A DNA stretch of 64,000 bases, taken from NCBI RefSeq assembly GCF_006345805.1, contig NC_043003.1, positions 55,800,001 to 55,864,000 of the forward strand. Reading direction: 5' to 3'. Position 1 is the first letter of the stretch. Each line of letters begins with the position of its first letter. This DNA is from Octopus sinensis. Its lineage: Eukaryota. The position numbers and the translations under genes are program-made. This document shows positions 50,130-62,915 of this stretch, piece after piece. Under the pieces are notes generated by a model, which was not told the origin of the DNA, searched no databases, and saw only the letters and a list, made by a program, of their open reading frames with translations.

Positions 50130-50966
50130 CGTTTACGACAACTCCAACACTTCACTGGTATTCATTTTTTCCACACCGAAAGGATGATAGGCAAAACTGA
50201 CCTCGGCGGGATTTGAACTCAGTGTTTCAACACGGGCGAGATACTGCTAAGCATTCTGCCCGGTGTGCTAACTATTCTTATTTCTTTATTGCCCACATGG
50301 AGCTAAACATAGAGGCGACAAACAAGGACAGACAAAGGGTTTAAGTCAATTATATCGACCTCAGTGTGTAACTGGTACTTAATTTATCGACCCCAAAAGG
50401 ATGAATGGCAAAGACGATCTCGGCGGAATTTGAACTCAGAACGTAACGGGAGACGAAACACCGCTAAGCATTTCGTCCGGCGTGCTAAGTATTCTACCAG
50501 CTCACCGCCAAGCAATAGTACAAATTGCTTTCCAATTTTGGCTCAAGGCTCGCAAGCTCGGAGGAGGGATTAAGTCGATTATATTGACCCCAGTGCTCAG
50601 CGCTCACTATTGTCGATCTCAAAATGATGGAAAGCAAAATCGACCTCGGCGGTATTTGAAGTCAGGACCGTAAGACGGATGAAATACCGCTGAAATTTTT
50701 GTCCAGCGTGCTGACATTTCTGCTACTTCTTCTCCTTAGAGTAAATATTAATTTCAAATGTTGACACAAGGCCAGTAAGTTTGGGGGAGGTGGTAAGTCG
50801 ATGTCCTGAAGTCCAGTGTTCAGATGGTACTTATTATTTTATCGACACCGAAAGGATAAAAGGCAAAGTAGACCTCAGCGGAATTTGAACTGAGAAGGTT
50901 AAGTCAGAAGAAATGCCGCTAAGCACTTTTACCGACGCGATAACAATTCTGCCAGCTCGCCGCCTT
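50130..50966 (-). mobile_element. Head-to-tail array of four S1-family SINE copies (50130-50276, 50280-50509, 50526-50737, 50751-50964)
   Basis: Each copy carries CCGAAAGGAT...GACCTC.GCGG.ATTTGAA and ends on + in GCTAAC/A...CTGCCAGCTCGCCGCC-like heads. The tails differ between copies. Confidence 0.8.
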
Positions 50967-50989
50967 AGAGCAGCAGTTCATATTTATTA

Positions 50990-51270
50990 TGTCAGATAGT
51001 GGGCTGAATATGATTTGGGAGATGAAAACCGCAGCGACGAGGAGAACATAAATAGCTGATAGGTTAACACCCGGAACATATTGGGATCAGTGAGTATTGT
51101 AGCAATGGTAGTAAAAACAGAAAGATGAGTTAGCCTGTCATTGAGCAAGAGGCTGGGTGAGTTTGCGAGTGTTTTCATGACTATTAGGCGAATGATATTC
51201 TTCTGGACAGATTCTAGGTAGTTTGTAGAAGCTGTTTTGGTTATGATGCCTTTAATCAAAGGTCTACTCA
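50990..51270 (-). mobile_element. Degenerate LINE ORF2 C-terminal fragment (CR1/Jockey-like)
   Basis: YLESVQKNIIRLIVMKTLANS resembles the LD.VQK.AIRLI....LT.SL region downstream of the RT; recognised, weak. Confidence 0.45.
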
Positions 51271-51910
51271 GGCAGGGCTACTTTAGAATTTTTTGTACGG
51301 TTTTTAATTTGAGAAAAACAAACGGATTTGTGACTGTAGTTTTGCACATAGCTTTTAGACCAATTAAATTTCTGACATAGTTCTGTTCAAACAACACTAA
51401 AAAAAACATTAAAAAAAACAAAAAAAACACATACAAGTTTTGATGTCTGGTGGTGAGCACACTGAAGTGAAATAAGGTAGAATTTATTCTAAACGTGATT
51501 ACTGCTAATTCCTCTGCAACTTTTAGTTTTTAAATGATGCTGAGAACGGAGTAAATGTGAGGAGAGATAAAGAATTAAACATTCATTTTGACTACGTGAC
51601 GTAAAAAAACTAATAGGAAAGCTTGTAATGTAGTTGAAGATAAACTATGTTAAGAAAAAATAAATAAGACAAATTGGATTACCGCACCTGGCGTGCATAT
51701 GATAGCAGGGCAAATTGATCAGGATTGGTCTCGATATAGACGAGAACAGAATTAACAAAAACTACAAAAATAGCAACCACAAAAGCAACATGAGGATAAT
51801 ACTATTGGAAAATATTTAAAAATATTCTTTGTCGAATGAGATGAGGCATTTCAATTACTACTTACTCATTTTGTATTCCTTCTTTTATTACAGAAATGCA
51901 CTAGTTTTTT

Positions 51911-52092
51911 TATGATAGATCTCTAGCCACTACACATCCTTTATTTTCTCTCCTTATTTCTTTCTGTGGAAAAGCTTTGGCTCGAAACGTTAAAGACTTT
52001 TTTCTCTTCCCGAGCGTTATACTAATACAAATGTTTGTTGTCTACACCACCTGTCACCTGTTTTCGTCTTTTGTTTGTTTGTGAATTCTCCC
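51911..52092 (+). mobile_element. HHR-bearing repeat family B, second copy
   Basis: Homologous to the reverse complement of 9792-9982. Ends GAATTCTCCC followed by TA-rich repeat. Confidence 0.7.
51959..51996 (+). ncRNA. Variant minimal type-I hammerhead motif (family B)
   Basis: TCTTT-CTGTGGA-A-AAGC-TTTG-GCTC-GAAA-CGT-T-AAAGA. Stem I TCTTT/AAAGA is perfect and stem III is palindromic (ACGT). The core has U at position 6. Confidence 0.55.
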
Positions 52093-52433
52093 TATATACA
52101 TACAGCCATACATATATGGAAAATGAAAGAAGGAAGATCGAATATACGAGAATTTATTAGTAATCACGACAATTGTTTCGATACACCTAGCATCGATATC
52201 CCATGAGAGGGAGACTGAACAACGGATTCAGGAGCATCCGGCGGTGCAGATGTATCATGTCGGGTGATAACTAAATACAACTCCTAACCATAACTATTCC
52301 CCAATATAACGTCCCGTTTTCTAAAGCAGCCAGACGGAGGAAATATCTACATTTATGTAGAAGATCAAAATAAAATCGTAAATGGCCAAAAGAGAAACTA
52401 GCACACAATGCAGTGAGAAAAGTATATATATAT

Positions 52434-52521
<88 letters not shown>

Positions 52522-53091
52522 GTGTGTGTCTGTGTGTATATATGTATATGTACACATCTATACACATGCATTTATATATATATATATACATATGTGTGTG
52601 TCTGTCTGTGTGTATGCGTGTGTGCCCATACGCGTATGTATATGTATATGTGTGTGCATGTGCTTGTGTGTACAAATGTATAATTCATTTAGACACATTT
52701 CTTTGAGAATAGAGAGACAAAGACTATCTGAAGACTATGGAAATATCTACAAAACAATTCACTTAATGATTTTTCTCTAATTTTTTTTTTTCTTAATTTA
52801 CTCTTTGTTAAAAAATTCTACAGGACAGAAACCGGTATTAAACTGTACTTCTTGAGATAATTATTTTAGCATTGCGTACCTCACTACATTTTCCCTATAT
52901 ATATATACATACATACATATATATATATATTTTTTTTTTTTGCGCATATATATATATGTATATATATATATATGTATATATATATACATATATATATATA
53001 TAATATAATATATATATATATATATACACACATATATATGTATATATATATACATATATATATATATACATATATATATATAATATATATA

Positions 53092-53125
<34 letters not shown>

Positions 53126-53186
53126 CATATATATAATATATATATACATATATATATATACATATATATAATATATATATACATAT

Positions 53187-53217
<31 letters not shown>

Positions 53218-53341
53218 GAGCAATTAGAAAGCATGTTAGCCTCGTGAAGGGATGGCTGCATCCAAGGAAATACTTGCTCAATACCTAGTATTTTGCGGGA
53301 ATGTAATAATCCTAAAACGATAGTTATATACATAAAGCATA

Positions 53342-54040
53342 TACAGAATAAGAGGGAAGTAAGTAGGCATTGAAAATTGGTAATAAAATCCATATGATAC
53401 ATTTCTTTATTGCATGGGAAAATGAAATTAAATCTTCATATTTCAACGTAGGTACCGGTGACGTCAACCAGTTTCTTCAAACGGCCAGGAATGGAAAGAA
53501 CATCTTTCTGAAGGAAGTCGGCTGGGATATCATTGAGAACCGTGTCTCCAAATCCTCCAGTGTGCACAGTTTTGTCTTGTGCACCTCCTCGTTTATGTAA
53601 CCCCACCGGTAAACATCACATGGAGTGAAATCTGGTCTTTCTTCACTTCTGCGGTCCCGGCCTTCAGAATTTAGCACTTGCAAGCAATAGTGTTTCCCAA
53701 GACAAAAAATCCAATTCCTTATGCAATACTGTACACATTGCCAGTCTAACTTCGAGCTGCTGGATGTGCTAATTTTTGCGGGCTGCCTGCGATTAAACAT
53801 TTCGTGCGCTGTTGCCACGTTTTCCGTTGATTGTGATGTGGTTAGACAGCCGCTTCTTACATCGCAAGTATCGTGGTCATCAGCTTTGCATGACAACTTT
53901 TTAATTTCTCCGGACGTACTGTTACATGCTTTCATTTCCATGCAAGCAACTATCTCTGAACCAAAACCATGGAGTTCCACACTTCAAAGCGTGCTGCAAT
54001 ATTAGCTCGCTCATGAACAGTCAAACTACCGGCCACTGGA
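53342..54040 (-). mobile_element. Internally deleted Tc1/mariner-superfamily (Tc3/DD37D-like) transposon relic
   Basis: N-terminus AGSLTVHERANIAARFEVWNSMVLVQR (HTH). C-terminus RPDFTPCDVYRWGYINEEVHKTKLCTLEDLETR (SPDLTPCDFFLWGY motif) and IPGRLKKLVDVTGTYVEI*. One TA|CAG... terminus at ~53342. Confidence 0.8.
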
Positions 54041-54784
54041 AGATAAGAAACAAGAAATTTACCATTTACATGTTAATAATAAGCAATTATTAATAATAAC
54101 ATACATCTATTAACTTCGTAATCTCCATATTCTTTTTCTCCTATTAAATAGATATAATATATAATATATATATATACATATATATGTAGAATGTATGTAG
54201 AATGCCTCCTGGCATGTATGTATAATGCCCTCTATATATAAATATATACATATATATATATATACATACATACATATATACATACATACATACATACATA
54301 CATATTATATATGAGGATGCATTCCTACGTACATACATACAAAAATACATGCGTAAAATTTAGATAATATTTAACAATCTCTCCTGATCAGCGTTCTGTC
54401 CTGAAAATGGGACCGTGAAAAAAATATATGTTTAAGCGAAGAAGTGAAGAAAAAATATATAAATAGATTCATAAATGGCAAGTTAATAAATAATTAAACA
54501 AAATAATTATCAAGATATAACTGGACGCTCAATGAAGGAAATATAAATGGATATTATATATATATATAAAGGTTAGTTCTGGTTCATAAAAGATATTTTG
54601 ACAAGAAATCTAAAAACACGGCACACCAAAGAGTTTTATGGGGCAGCTGCCTGAATGATCACGGTAGAACATACCAATAAATATGTCTGTTATATAAACC
54701 CGATAAACATACATACATACATACATTATATATGTATGTATGTATATATATATACTATAATATAACATATATATAGTGTATACA

Positions 54785-54836
<52 letters not shown>

Positions 54837-54879
54837 CATTTATATATACTTGCACACACACATATATATATATACATAC

Positions 54880-55134
54880 ATATATGTGTGTGTGTGTATG
54901 TGTTTGTGTTATGTGTATGTATGTATTTATGTTTCTATGTATGTATGTGTGTCTATATGAATATGTATAGGCGCAAGCTCGTGTATGTGGCAGAGTACGA
55001 AAAATGCGAAATAATAGAAATAAAACAATGAAAATGATTTATATATCCCTTCAGGTGTTCCATGATAGTATTCCCATCATTCACATATTTATAGGTCATT
55101 TTATTTGGTTTATAAGGTCACACACACACACACA

Positions 55135-55165
<31 letters not shown>

Positions 55166-55538
55166 TACATACACATATATATATATATACATAAATATGC
55201 TATGTATGTTGTGTGTGTGCATATACGTCTATACAGATATATATATATATATATATAATATATACATGGATGTGTATATGTTTACACACACACACACACA
55301 TATATATATGTGTGTGTGTGTATGTTTTTGTGTATTGTATGTATGTATTTATGTTTCTATGTATGTATGTGTGTCTATATGAATATGTATAGGCGCAAGC
55401 TCGTGTATGTGGCAGAGTACGAAAAATGCGAAATAATAGAAATAAAACAATGAAAAGATTTATATATCCCTTCAGGTGTTCCATGATAGTATTCCCATCA
55501 TTCACATATTTATAGGTCATTTTATTTGGTTTATAAGG

Positions 55539-55590
<52 letters not shown>

Positions 55591-55740
55591 ACACATGTAT
55601 ATATATATATACATAAATATGCATATGTATGTTTGTGTGTGTGCATATACGTCTATACAGATATATATATATATATATATATATATATGGATGTGTATAT
55701 GTTTACACACACCACACACATATATATGTGTGTGTGTGTA
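54880..55740 (+). repeat. Tandem duplication of a ~422-bp unit bounded by (TA)n(TG)n
   Basis: GCGCAAGCTC at 54971 and 55393. The unique core is near-identical apart from small indels. Confidence 0.9.
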
Positions 55741-56309
55741 TCTATATACATATATATTGATTTTATATGCATCAGTGTAATTATGAATATATTTACAAAC
55801 ACAAGATCACACACATATTCGACTTTATATTGTTACTGTTATAGGTCAAAGTCTGAAGTATGGTATACAGATAACAACTGCCCAAGTAAACATATAAATA
55901 TGTGAGTGAGTGTGTGTGTGTGTGTGTGTGTATACAGGCATGTATCTACGTATATGTAAGTATATGTATATATGTACATATAGGCATCCATACACAAATA
56001 TAAATACATACCGAGAAAGAGCCTGATGGAGACACGCAGACAGACAGATAGCTAGCTAGCTAGATAGATAGAGAGAGAGAGAGGGGGGGAGAGAGAGAGG
56101 TGTAAGAATTCTCTTGTTTCAGTCATTAGACTGCGTCGCTGCTGGTGCAATGCATTGAACAGTTTGCGCGAAGAAATCGATCCAGACCTCTGTAAGCTTA
56201 ATCGCTCGTACTTCTTTTACATCTCCCTGTTGCTGGACAGGGAGGACAGCAACAAACCATCTACGGCTGCCTGACTGCACAAATTGAAAGAGAATGCGCA
56301 TACACATAT

Positions 56310-56900
56310 ATGCGCTGTCTGATCAATAAGCATCCAACTGTCGCCATAGTAACGAAGCTAAAGCATGGAGTGTGAAGCCACTTCATACACTTTGACCATC
56401 ATCTCTGCTGTGCATGTGCTCTAAGACTTAACACTCTAGTTCACTTGTGCTGTTTACAGTAGTGCTTAGAAGGAAGGTGTTTAGCGTGTGATCATCGCAT
56501 TGACCATGACAAAGAAAGTTGTTAGTGCGATGCGTGTTCAGAAGCCTACGCAAAGTTGCAGAAAGTGTACGGAGAGGAATCTGAATCGATATTGAGGAAC
56601 GTTTTGGGAGACCCGCAACCAGCAGAATTAAAAACAAATTGCAGATGTACATGTATCTATGAGGGAAAATCACCGAATTACTATCTGTGAATTATCAGAG
56701 GATGTTTAGATTAGTTACGGTTGATTTCCATCCATTATCACTGAAGATTTGGCTATGAGACTCATGTCTGCTAAGTCTGTGCCAACAATGCTTTCATTTG
56801 CACAATACAATATCTCTTTGACTGGGTCGAGAACGATGCAAACTCTTTGAAAAATTTGCCTAGGCCTCTGACAATATAACGCCAATCTTTTGGCAAAATT
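56310..56900 (+). mobile_element. Mariner relic (5' part, deleted)
   Basis: TIR-like GTCTGATCAATAAG. Peptide pieces MTKKV...AYAKLQKVYGEE and ENHRITICELSEDV*ISYG...IITEDLAMRLMSAKSVPTMLS match mariner DRRITIREL...EDLGMR.VSAKFVP. Confidence 0.75.
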
Positions 56901-57545
56901 TAAAGCAGGTTCTCTGCTCAGCTGTCAGTTATGGTCAATACGACGATCACAAGCTACACACCTTCCTTCCTAAACAAAGAAAGTGAACTAGGATGTTTAT
57001 TATTCTGCTAAGCAGTGTCACCCTGCGTGCTTTAGCTTCATTACTATGACAATAGTCCAAATACTTATTGATCACAACACGTATGTATATTACCGACACA
57101 AAATTAACTTATGACAAATTCAATTACATGTATTTTGTAGCCCTGGAGCTATTGTATGTTACTCTTGCTCCCAGTGCCGCGTACTGTAGTGAGTCTGAAC
57201 CACGCAATTGTAAAGCAGGACTTTTACCTACATATTGTAGCTGCTTTAGCAATTAGCTTGAGCCAAACAACATACATAAAAACCACATGAATACACACAC
57301 ATACACACATACATAATGTATATGTATATATCAGTATATATAAATATATACATATATATACACACATATAAATAAATGAATATATATATATATATATAGA
57401 TAACTTTTTATTGTGGCCACACAGGGCTAAACACAGAATAAAAATGGACGAAATACATGTAGACTTTGTTTTTCGAGGTGGGATGGTGGGACATACAAAA
57501 AAAAACGGTTCGATCAATAGGGATCGTGGGTTGTGTGGATATAAA

Positions 57546-57594
<49 letters not shown>

Positions 57595-57747
57595 ATATAT
57601 ATAGTTATATATATATATATATATAAATAAAGTTCACAGTTTAGGTGTAGCCCTGGAAAGAAAAACCTACAAAAAAGACCAAGGTCACCTCAGACAGTTC
57701 GAAATGAACACATGAGTAAGTCGCCTTACTCTCGTTGTCTCTTTTGG

Positions 57748-58480
57748 TCACAGATTTACGCTTAAAATAGCGTCACCTTTCATACTGACCCTTTTTGCCA
57801 CTTTTACCCACTTTTTATTAAAACATTCGTTCGACAAAGCCTTCCTCTCTATTCTCATCCTCCTTTTCAAGTGGTACTTGAAAACGTTGATGAGAGACTG
57901 ACCAGAGAGGAAGGTGTTTGTTTGCAGTCCTTTCAAACGCGTCCATCACACACATTCTTTCGCCATAGCCATCAGCGTAACGAAAACCGTTTTCCCTTCC
58001 CGTTTAAAGGAAGTGGTGGAACAATATTCACGATAGACTCGACCGATAAGCGGGCCCGTTCTACACGCGACAACAGCTGTTCGACGAAGAACCACAGCTC
58101 TGAAAAAACTGGACACTGCACGAGTGCGTGCAGAACGGTTTCGTCGCTCTGACCGCAGGGCAGGTCGGTCCGGTGATGGAACCGTGCCTGTAGCTCTTCT
58201 CTCGAACAGGTAGTGCGTCTCGATAGCATTGCCAAGCCAGGAATTTCTGGAAGTTATCCATAGGCCCCGGCCAGAACGGGGTCCTGAAATGGCGGGTTAG
58301 GAATTTCTCGTCGACGCCCAGGTTTGCCCCGAGTGTGTCATCGGACCTCCCCTCAACTAGTCCTCTATAGAACGCTTTATTCGTTTGTAAGTTTTGCACA
58401 AGTTTGACCTCCGGTCGGCAGAGCTTTGGCGAACTCTCGGTGCGCAATCGCCCCTTTCGGTTCTTCCTGATCCACTTTAT
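57748..58480 (-). mobile_element. L1/Tx1-clade LINE ORF2 C-terminus (zf-RVT CCHC finger), frameshifted
   Basis: NFQKFLAWQCYRDALPVREKSYRHG...TCP.CGQSDETVLHALVQCP (C-x2-C-x7-H-x4-C), then KECVWWTRLKGL...FKYHLKRRMRIER. Confidence 0.85.
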
Positions 58481-58518
58481 AATAAATATGTGCATATATT
58501 ATATATATATATATATAG

Positions 58519-58551
<33 letters not shown>

Positions 58552-59453
58552 GATAGATAGATATATAGATAGAAAGATAGATACGGCTCAAAAATAGACA
58601 TTTTATATAAATATATACACGATACATATATAATGCATATATACATAAGTATATATTATACATAAATCCATATATATATGTGTATATATATATAGATACA
58701 TATACGACGCCTATAAACGGACTTTAACATAAATACATACACGAATATATATATAATGAATATATACATATGCATATATCTTACAGACACACACACACAC
58801 ATATATATATAAAATGAATATATACATATATATATATCTTACATACAGACACACACACACAAATATATATATATATATATATTTGTTGGAAGGCAACTGA
58901 AGAAACTGATTTCCGCTCTATTAACCTAAGTAGAACATGACCAGCCCATTGATCTCGGCGTTAAAGTATGTTCTGGAATAAACATTTTGTCTAACTCGTT
59001 ATTAGGTCTTCGATATTTGGTCTGAATATCATGGATGATTGAGCATGACCTCGTTGGTCGAACTTCAAAACTCACGCACACACACACACATACGCGCGCA
59101 CGCCTACACACGCACACATTTTATGCATATATACATATGCATATAAATATCTATATCTATCTATCTATCAGCTATCTATCCAACTATCACTCTCTCTCTC
59201 TCCCTCTCTCTCTCTCTCTCTTTATATATATATATATATGCATACAAATTTCTATATAAGTCTCTACTTATATCTATATACATGTGTATATAATTCATAT
59301 ACACGCACAATGATACAAACGAACGCATTTCTGTAGGCGAATAGAAAATGCATTTATTCGTATACACACCATATATTTACACACTTATACAAATATATAT
59401 TAATATGAATATATTTATAAATATACAGATATATATATATATATATGTGTGTG

Positions 59454-59484
<31 letters not shown>

Positions 59485-60264
59485 TTTCTGTGTGTACAAG
59501 TGTGTGCAATTACTGTGTTGATCTCTTAGAAAGATTGTAGAACCAGCATTATTGCTTAGATATATATAGATACATATATGTGCGTGTCTGTATGTGTGCA
59601 CGTACACGGACACGCAACCACTCGTATATAGAATTATTACACGCACAAACACGAAAACCCGACCTACAGACTTACTCATATGTTATTTTGCCATTTTCTT
59701 TGTGTGTGTATCCATATATATGTTGCTGCATATATAAATATGTGTATATATAAAGTTTCCTCCTCGGCGTTATGGCAAACATTTATATGTATATTCTGAT
59801 GTATATCTTACTATTAATATTTACAGAATTCCTCAAACAGTATAAGAGGGCTCAGAATCATTTTAACCTAAAGTGCAAATATGAAGTAGCCATTATTAAA
59901 CATTTTGTAGATGCCATATTGATATATTTGTTATATGCATCACCGCAACCAGCTTCACTATTATGTATTTTAAAGCAATTTCATCTTGTAATGTTATGAA
60001 TTTCATGGTGTTGGTTATGGTGGTAGTGGTGATGGTAGTTCTGGTGGTAGTGGTTGTGGTGGCGGTGGTGGTGTCATTTATAATAGTTTCGTGAGTAAGA
60101 TGAAGGAATATTAAAAGGCTATTTATAGAAACATGACAATCTAGTTTCAATGAGATAAGTTTGCAAACAAGATATAATCAGATGTGTGTGTGTGAATGTG
60201 TGTGAGTGTATGAGATCTGGCACTTGTATATATCCATCCATACATACATACACATATATACATC

Positions 60265-60325
<61 letters not shown>

Positions 60326-60394
60326 TATACACATATATACACACACACTATAACTATGCATACGTATGTACATATATTTGACCGTCCATCCAGA

Positions 60395-60426
<32 letters not shown>

Positions 60427-60579
60427 ATAATATATATATATCTATATACCTATACATACATAAATATATATACATGTATTATGAATTACATATAAGAATG
60501 TATATACTTTTGTATATACAAATGTATCAAAGGATAAACAAGGCCATAGAGGAAACAGCCTTGGTTCACTTACACCAAA

Positions 60580-60622
<43 letters not shown>

Positions 60623-61534
60623 CATATACAGACATATGTAAATATGTATATATTTGTTTGTGCATGTGTGTTTAGACATGAGTGTACTTATACACACACA
60701 CACACACAAGCGTACATAAAATGATACACATCTCTTTATTCGATTCGGGTTAATTTGCACTTTAATGCATTCTGTAGTGTAAAAATGAATAAAGTAAAAC
60801 GGGAACATCGATGTAACGACTGCGTGATTTATCAACAGCGAACTAAAAGTTAATATACGCTATGGTTTTGAGATGCACAAACGACACTTTCTCATCGGTT
60901 AACTATGCACTTCTAACAAGGAGGTATTGTTGTGTGTTACTATATATATAATGTAACATATAAAATATTATAATCGTACAAACATAATACGTATTATACA
61001 ACGACAAATGAAAAATATGAAAATGCTGACAAAAGCAGTTCCCCAGAAGAACACTGCGAAAAAGGTAATTAGACTGACCATGCGGGTGGGTACCAGTAGT
61101 AAGGAAGACAACAAACTCTGAAGCATCTAAGTCCCCGGTATGAAATGGAAAAATGAGAGAAGGGGCACACATAAATGTGTAAATTCCGCCTGCATTTTGT
61201 CTGCTAACATTGCGACAACGTTGCGATTTCCCCACTCTTAAAACCGTGTCACGCAGTAGGACAAATACTCCCAGCAAATATATCAAAGGATAAACAATGC
61301 AATAGAGGAACATGTCTTGCTTCAATTACAGCAAAATGAAAATAGGTTGCAGTAGTATGCACTACTTCCAACAGCAACTTAAGGACAGCAACTTAGCTGC
61401 AATCTTTCTAAAACATGGCACCAGCAACTGACTTGGCTACATGAATTTCATTCGAGCCATCCCCAGCAACATGCATACTACCACGGCCAATTGATCTAGT
61501 GTGGCTACCACTGGAATCAGCATAGTTATTTATC

Positions 61535-62150
61535 GATATTCTTACTAAATATCTGAGGACTGTAACCACTTATTAACAGAGCCATAATTCCCTTCTGAGA
61601 GAGCTTGCCACATGCTAACAAGCCCTTTGCATTGCACCCACCGTAACACCTAAAATCCAAAAGCATGGATGCAGAAATATACATACCAATGTATATTGTA
61701 TTGCGAACCGAAAACAACAGAGTCATGATAGTGCTGCAATGTATTTCCGTAAAATCCACACGTCCCCGAACGTTTTGTCATACTCAAACTCGGTGTGTAA
61801 CATGCTAATTGCACACGTAAGGCAACTCAATATATTAATATGTAATACTTATCGCCCACTAGCCGTTCCAAATAACACGGGACTATTTGAAGGCTCCCTT
61901 CTAAAAGTAGTAAAAGGCCTAACTAAATTAGAACAACGCATCAGTGTACTTCACTTGGAAAACTTCAACCTGCCACATGTACAATGACCTGAGGGATTTT
62001 CCTCTCAGGAATGATGCGATGCGATCAGATACGGGTGGAATTCCTGCTCAACCTCACCAGCGAGTTAAACATGGAGCAAGTAATACTCTAGCCAACCAGA
62101 GCAAACAATATACTTTGTTCTCTGCCTCACAAAAGATATTACTCATGTCA
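61535..62150 (+). mobile_element. CR1/L2-type LINE apurinic-like endonuclease (ORF2 N-terminus), decayed
   Basis: LLNI*GL; MDAEIYIPMYIVLRT; SYSNSVCNML...LICNTYRPL; LENFNLPHV (GDFNLP); LLNLTSELNMEQVIL*PTRANNIL. Confidence 0.85.
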
Positions 62151-62389
62151 ATGATTCGATTCTTGTCAATGAATGATTGTAATCTTTTCTGGGCCTCTGT
62201 ATCCCGTCTTTTGAACGAAAGTTTTGAGAAACAATTGTAGCGGAACTGGAAGAGAATTTAATATCTAGTACATTTGGTAAGCGGATTCTCTCGATTAAAA
62301 TAGCAGCAATAATTCGATTGGCATTCATTTTACTGCAACCAGAATGATGTAAAGCAAATGCGAGCTTGGTAGGATTATATTTAAGGTGA

Positions 62390-62600
62390 TGAGCTGGAAG
62401 AAACTTAAGGATATCGTACAAATTGCTTAGCGCTGTTTCTTCCAGAGTTTTGTGTTCTGATTTAAAGTCCTTACGGTGTCAACATTTATGTTCATTTCTT
62501 CGAGGTCGATGAAATAAATTATGCTCTTAATATTGGCCAATCGATGAAATTCACTTAACACCCATCCCTCAAAAAGGATAATTTTGAACCCAGAATAAGG
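62390..62600 (+). mobile_element. Old SINE S1-related copy
   Basis: AAATTGCTTAGCGCTGTTTC...GTTCTGATTTAAAGTCC...TTCGAGGTCGATGAAAT. Confidence 0.55.
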
Positions 62601-62729
62601 CCAGCGACCAGTTGAGGATCAAAGATGTAATTTTGCTCACTTAAAAGCCATGACAACTGAGTAATCAGCCTTATGAGTCACAGGCTTCAGAGAAAATTAA
62701 AAGCGGGATTGACATTAATATATCACTCT

Positions 62730-62915
62730 AGCATTGCAGCTTTGCAGTATTTCGTCCGTCTTCATGTTCTGAGTTCTAATTTTGTCGAGATCGACTCTGC
62801 GTTTTCATCCTTCCTAGGTCGCTAAAATATGTAGCAGTGGAAAACTGGAGTCGATGTAATCGACTTAATCCTTTCCCTGAACATGCTTGCCTTCTGACAA
62901 CATTTGAGATCAATA
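62730..62915 (+). mobile_element. SINE S1-related copy (5'-truncated)
   Basis: GCAGTATTTCGTCCGTC...GTTCTGAGTTCTAAT...TTTTCATCCTT...GTCGATGTAATCGACTTAATCC. Confidence 0.7.

Noticed and set aside
52725-52850. Additional hammerhead candidates (CTGAAGA at ~52728; GAAACCGGTA at ~52828)
   Set aside because: The two half-motifs are ~100 nt apart and I could not build stems I and II for either.
54190-54240. Second TIR of the 53.3-54.0 kb Tc1/mariner relic
   Set aside because: Only short patches (AATGCCT, CCCTCT) match the other terminus; insufficient.
62143-62421. 92-aa minus-strand ORF as a host exon
   Set aside because: Its 5' part lies in a SINE copy and its 3' end meets the antisense LINE relic; no recognisable homology.
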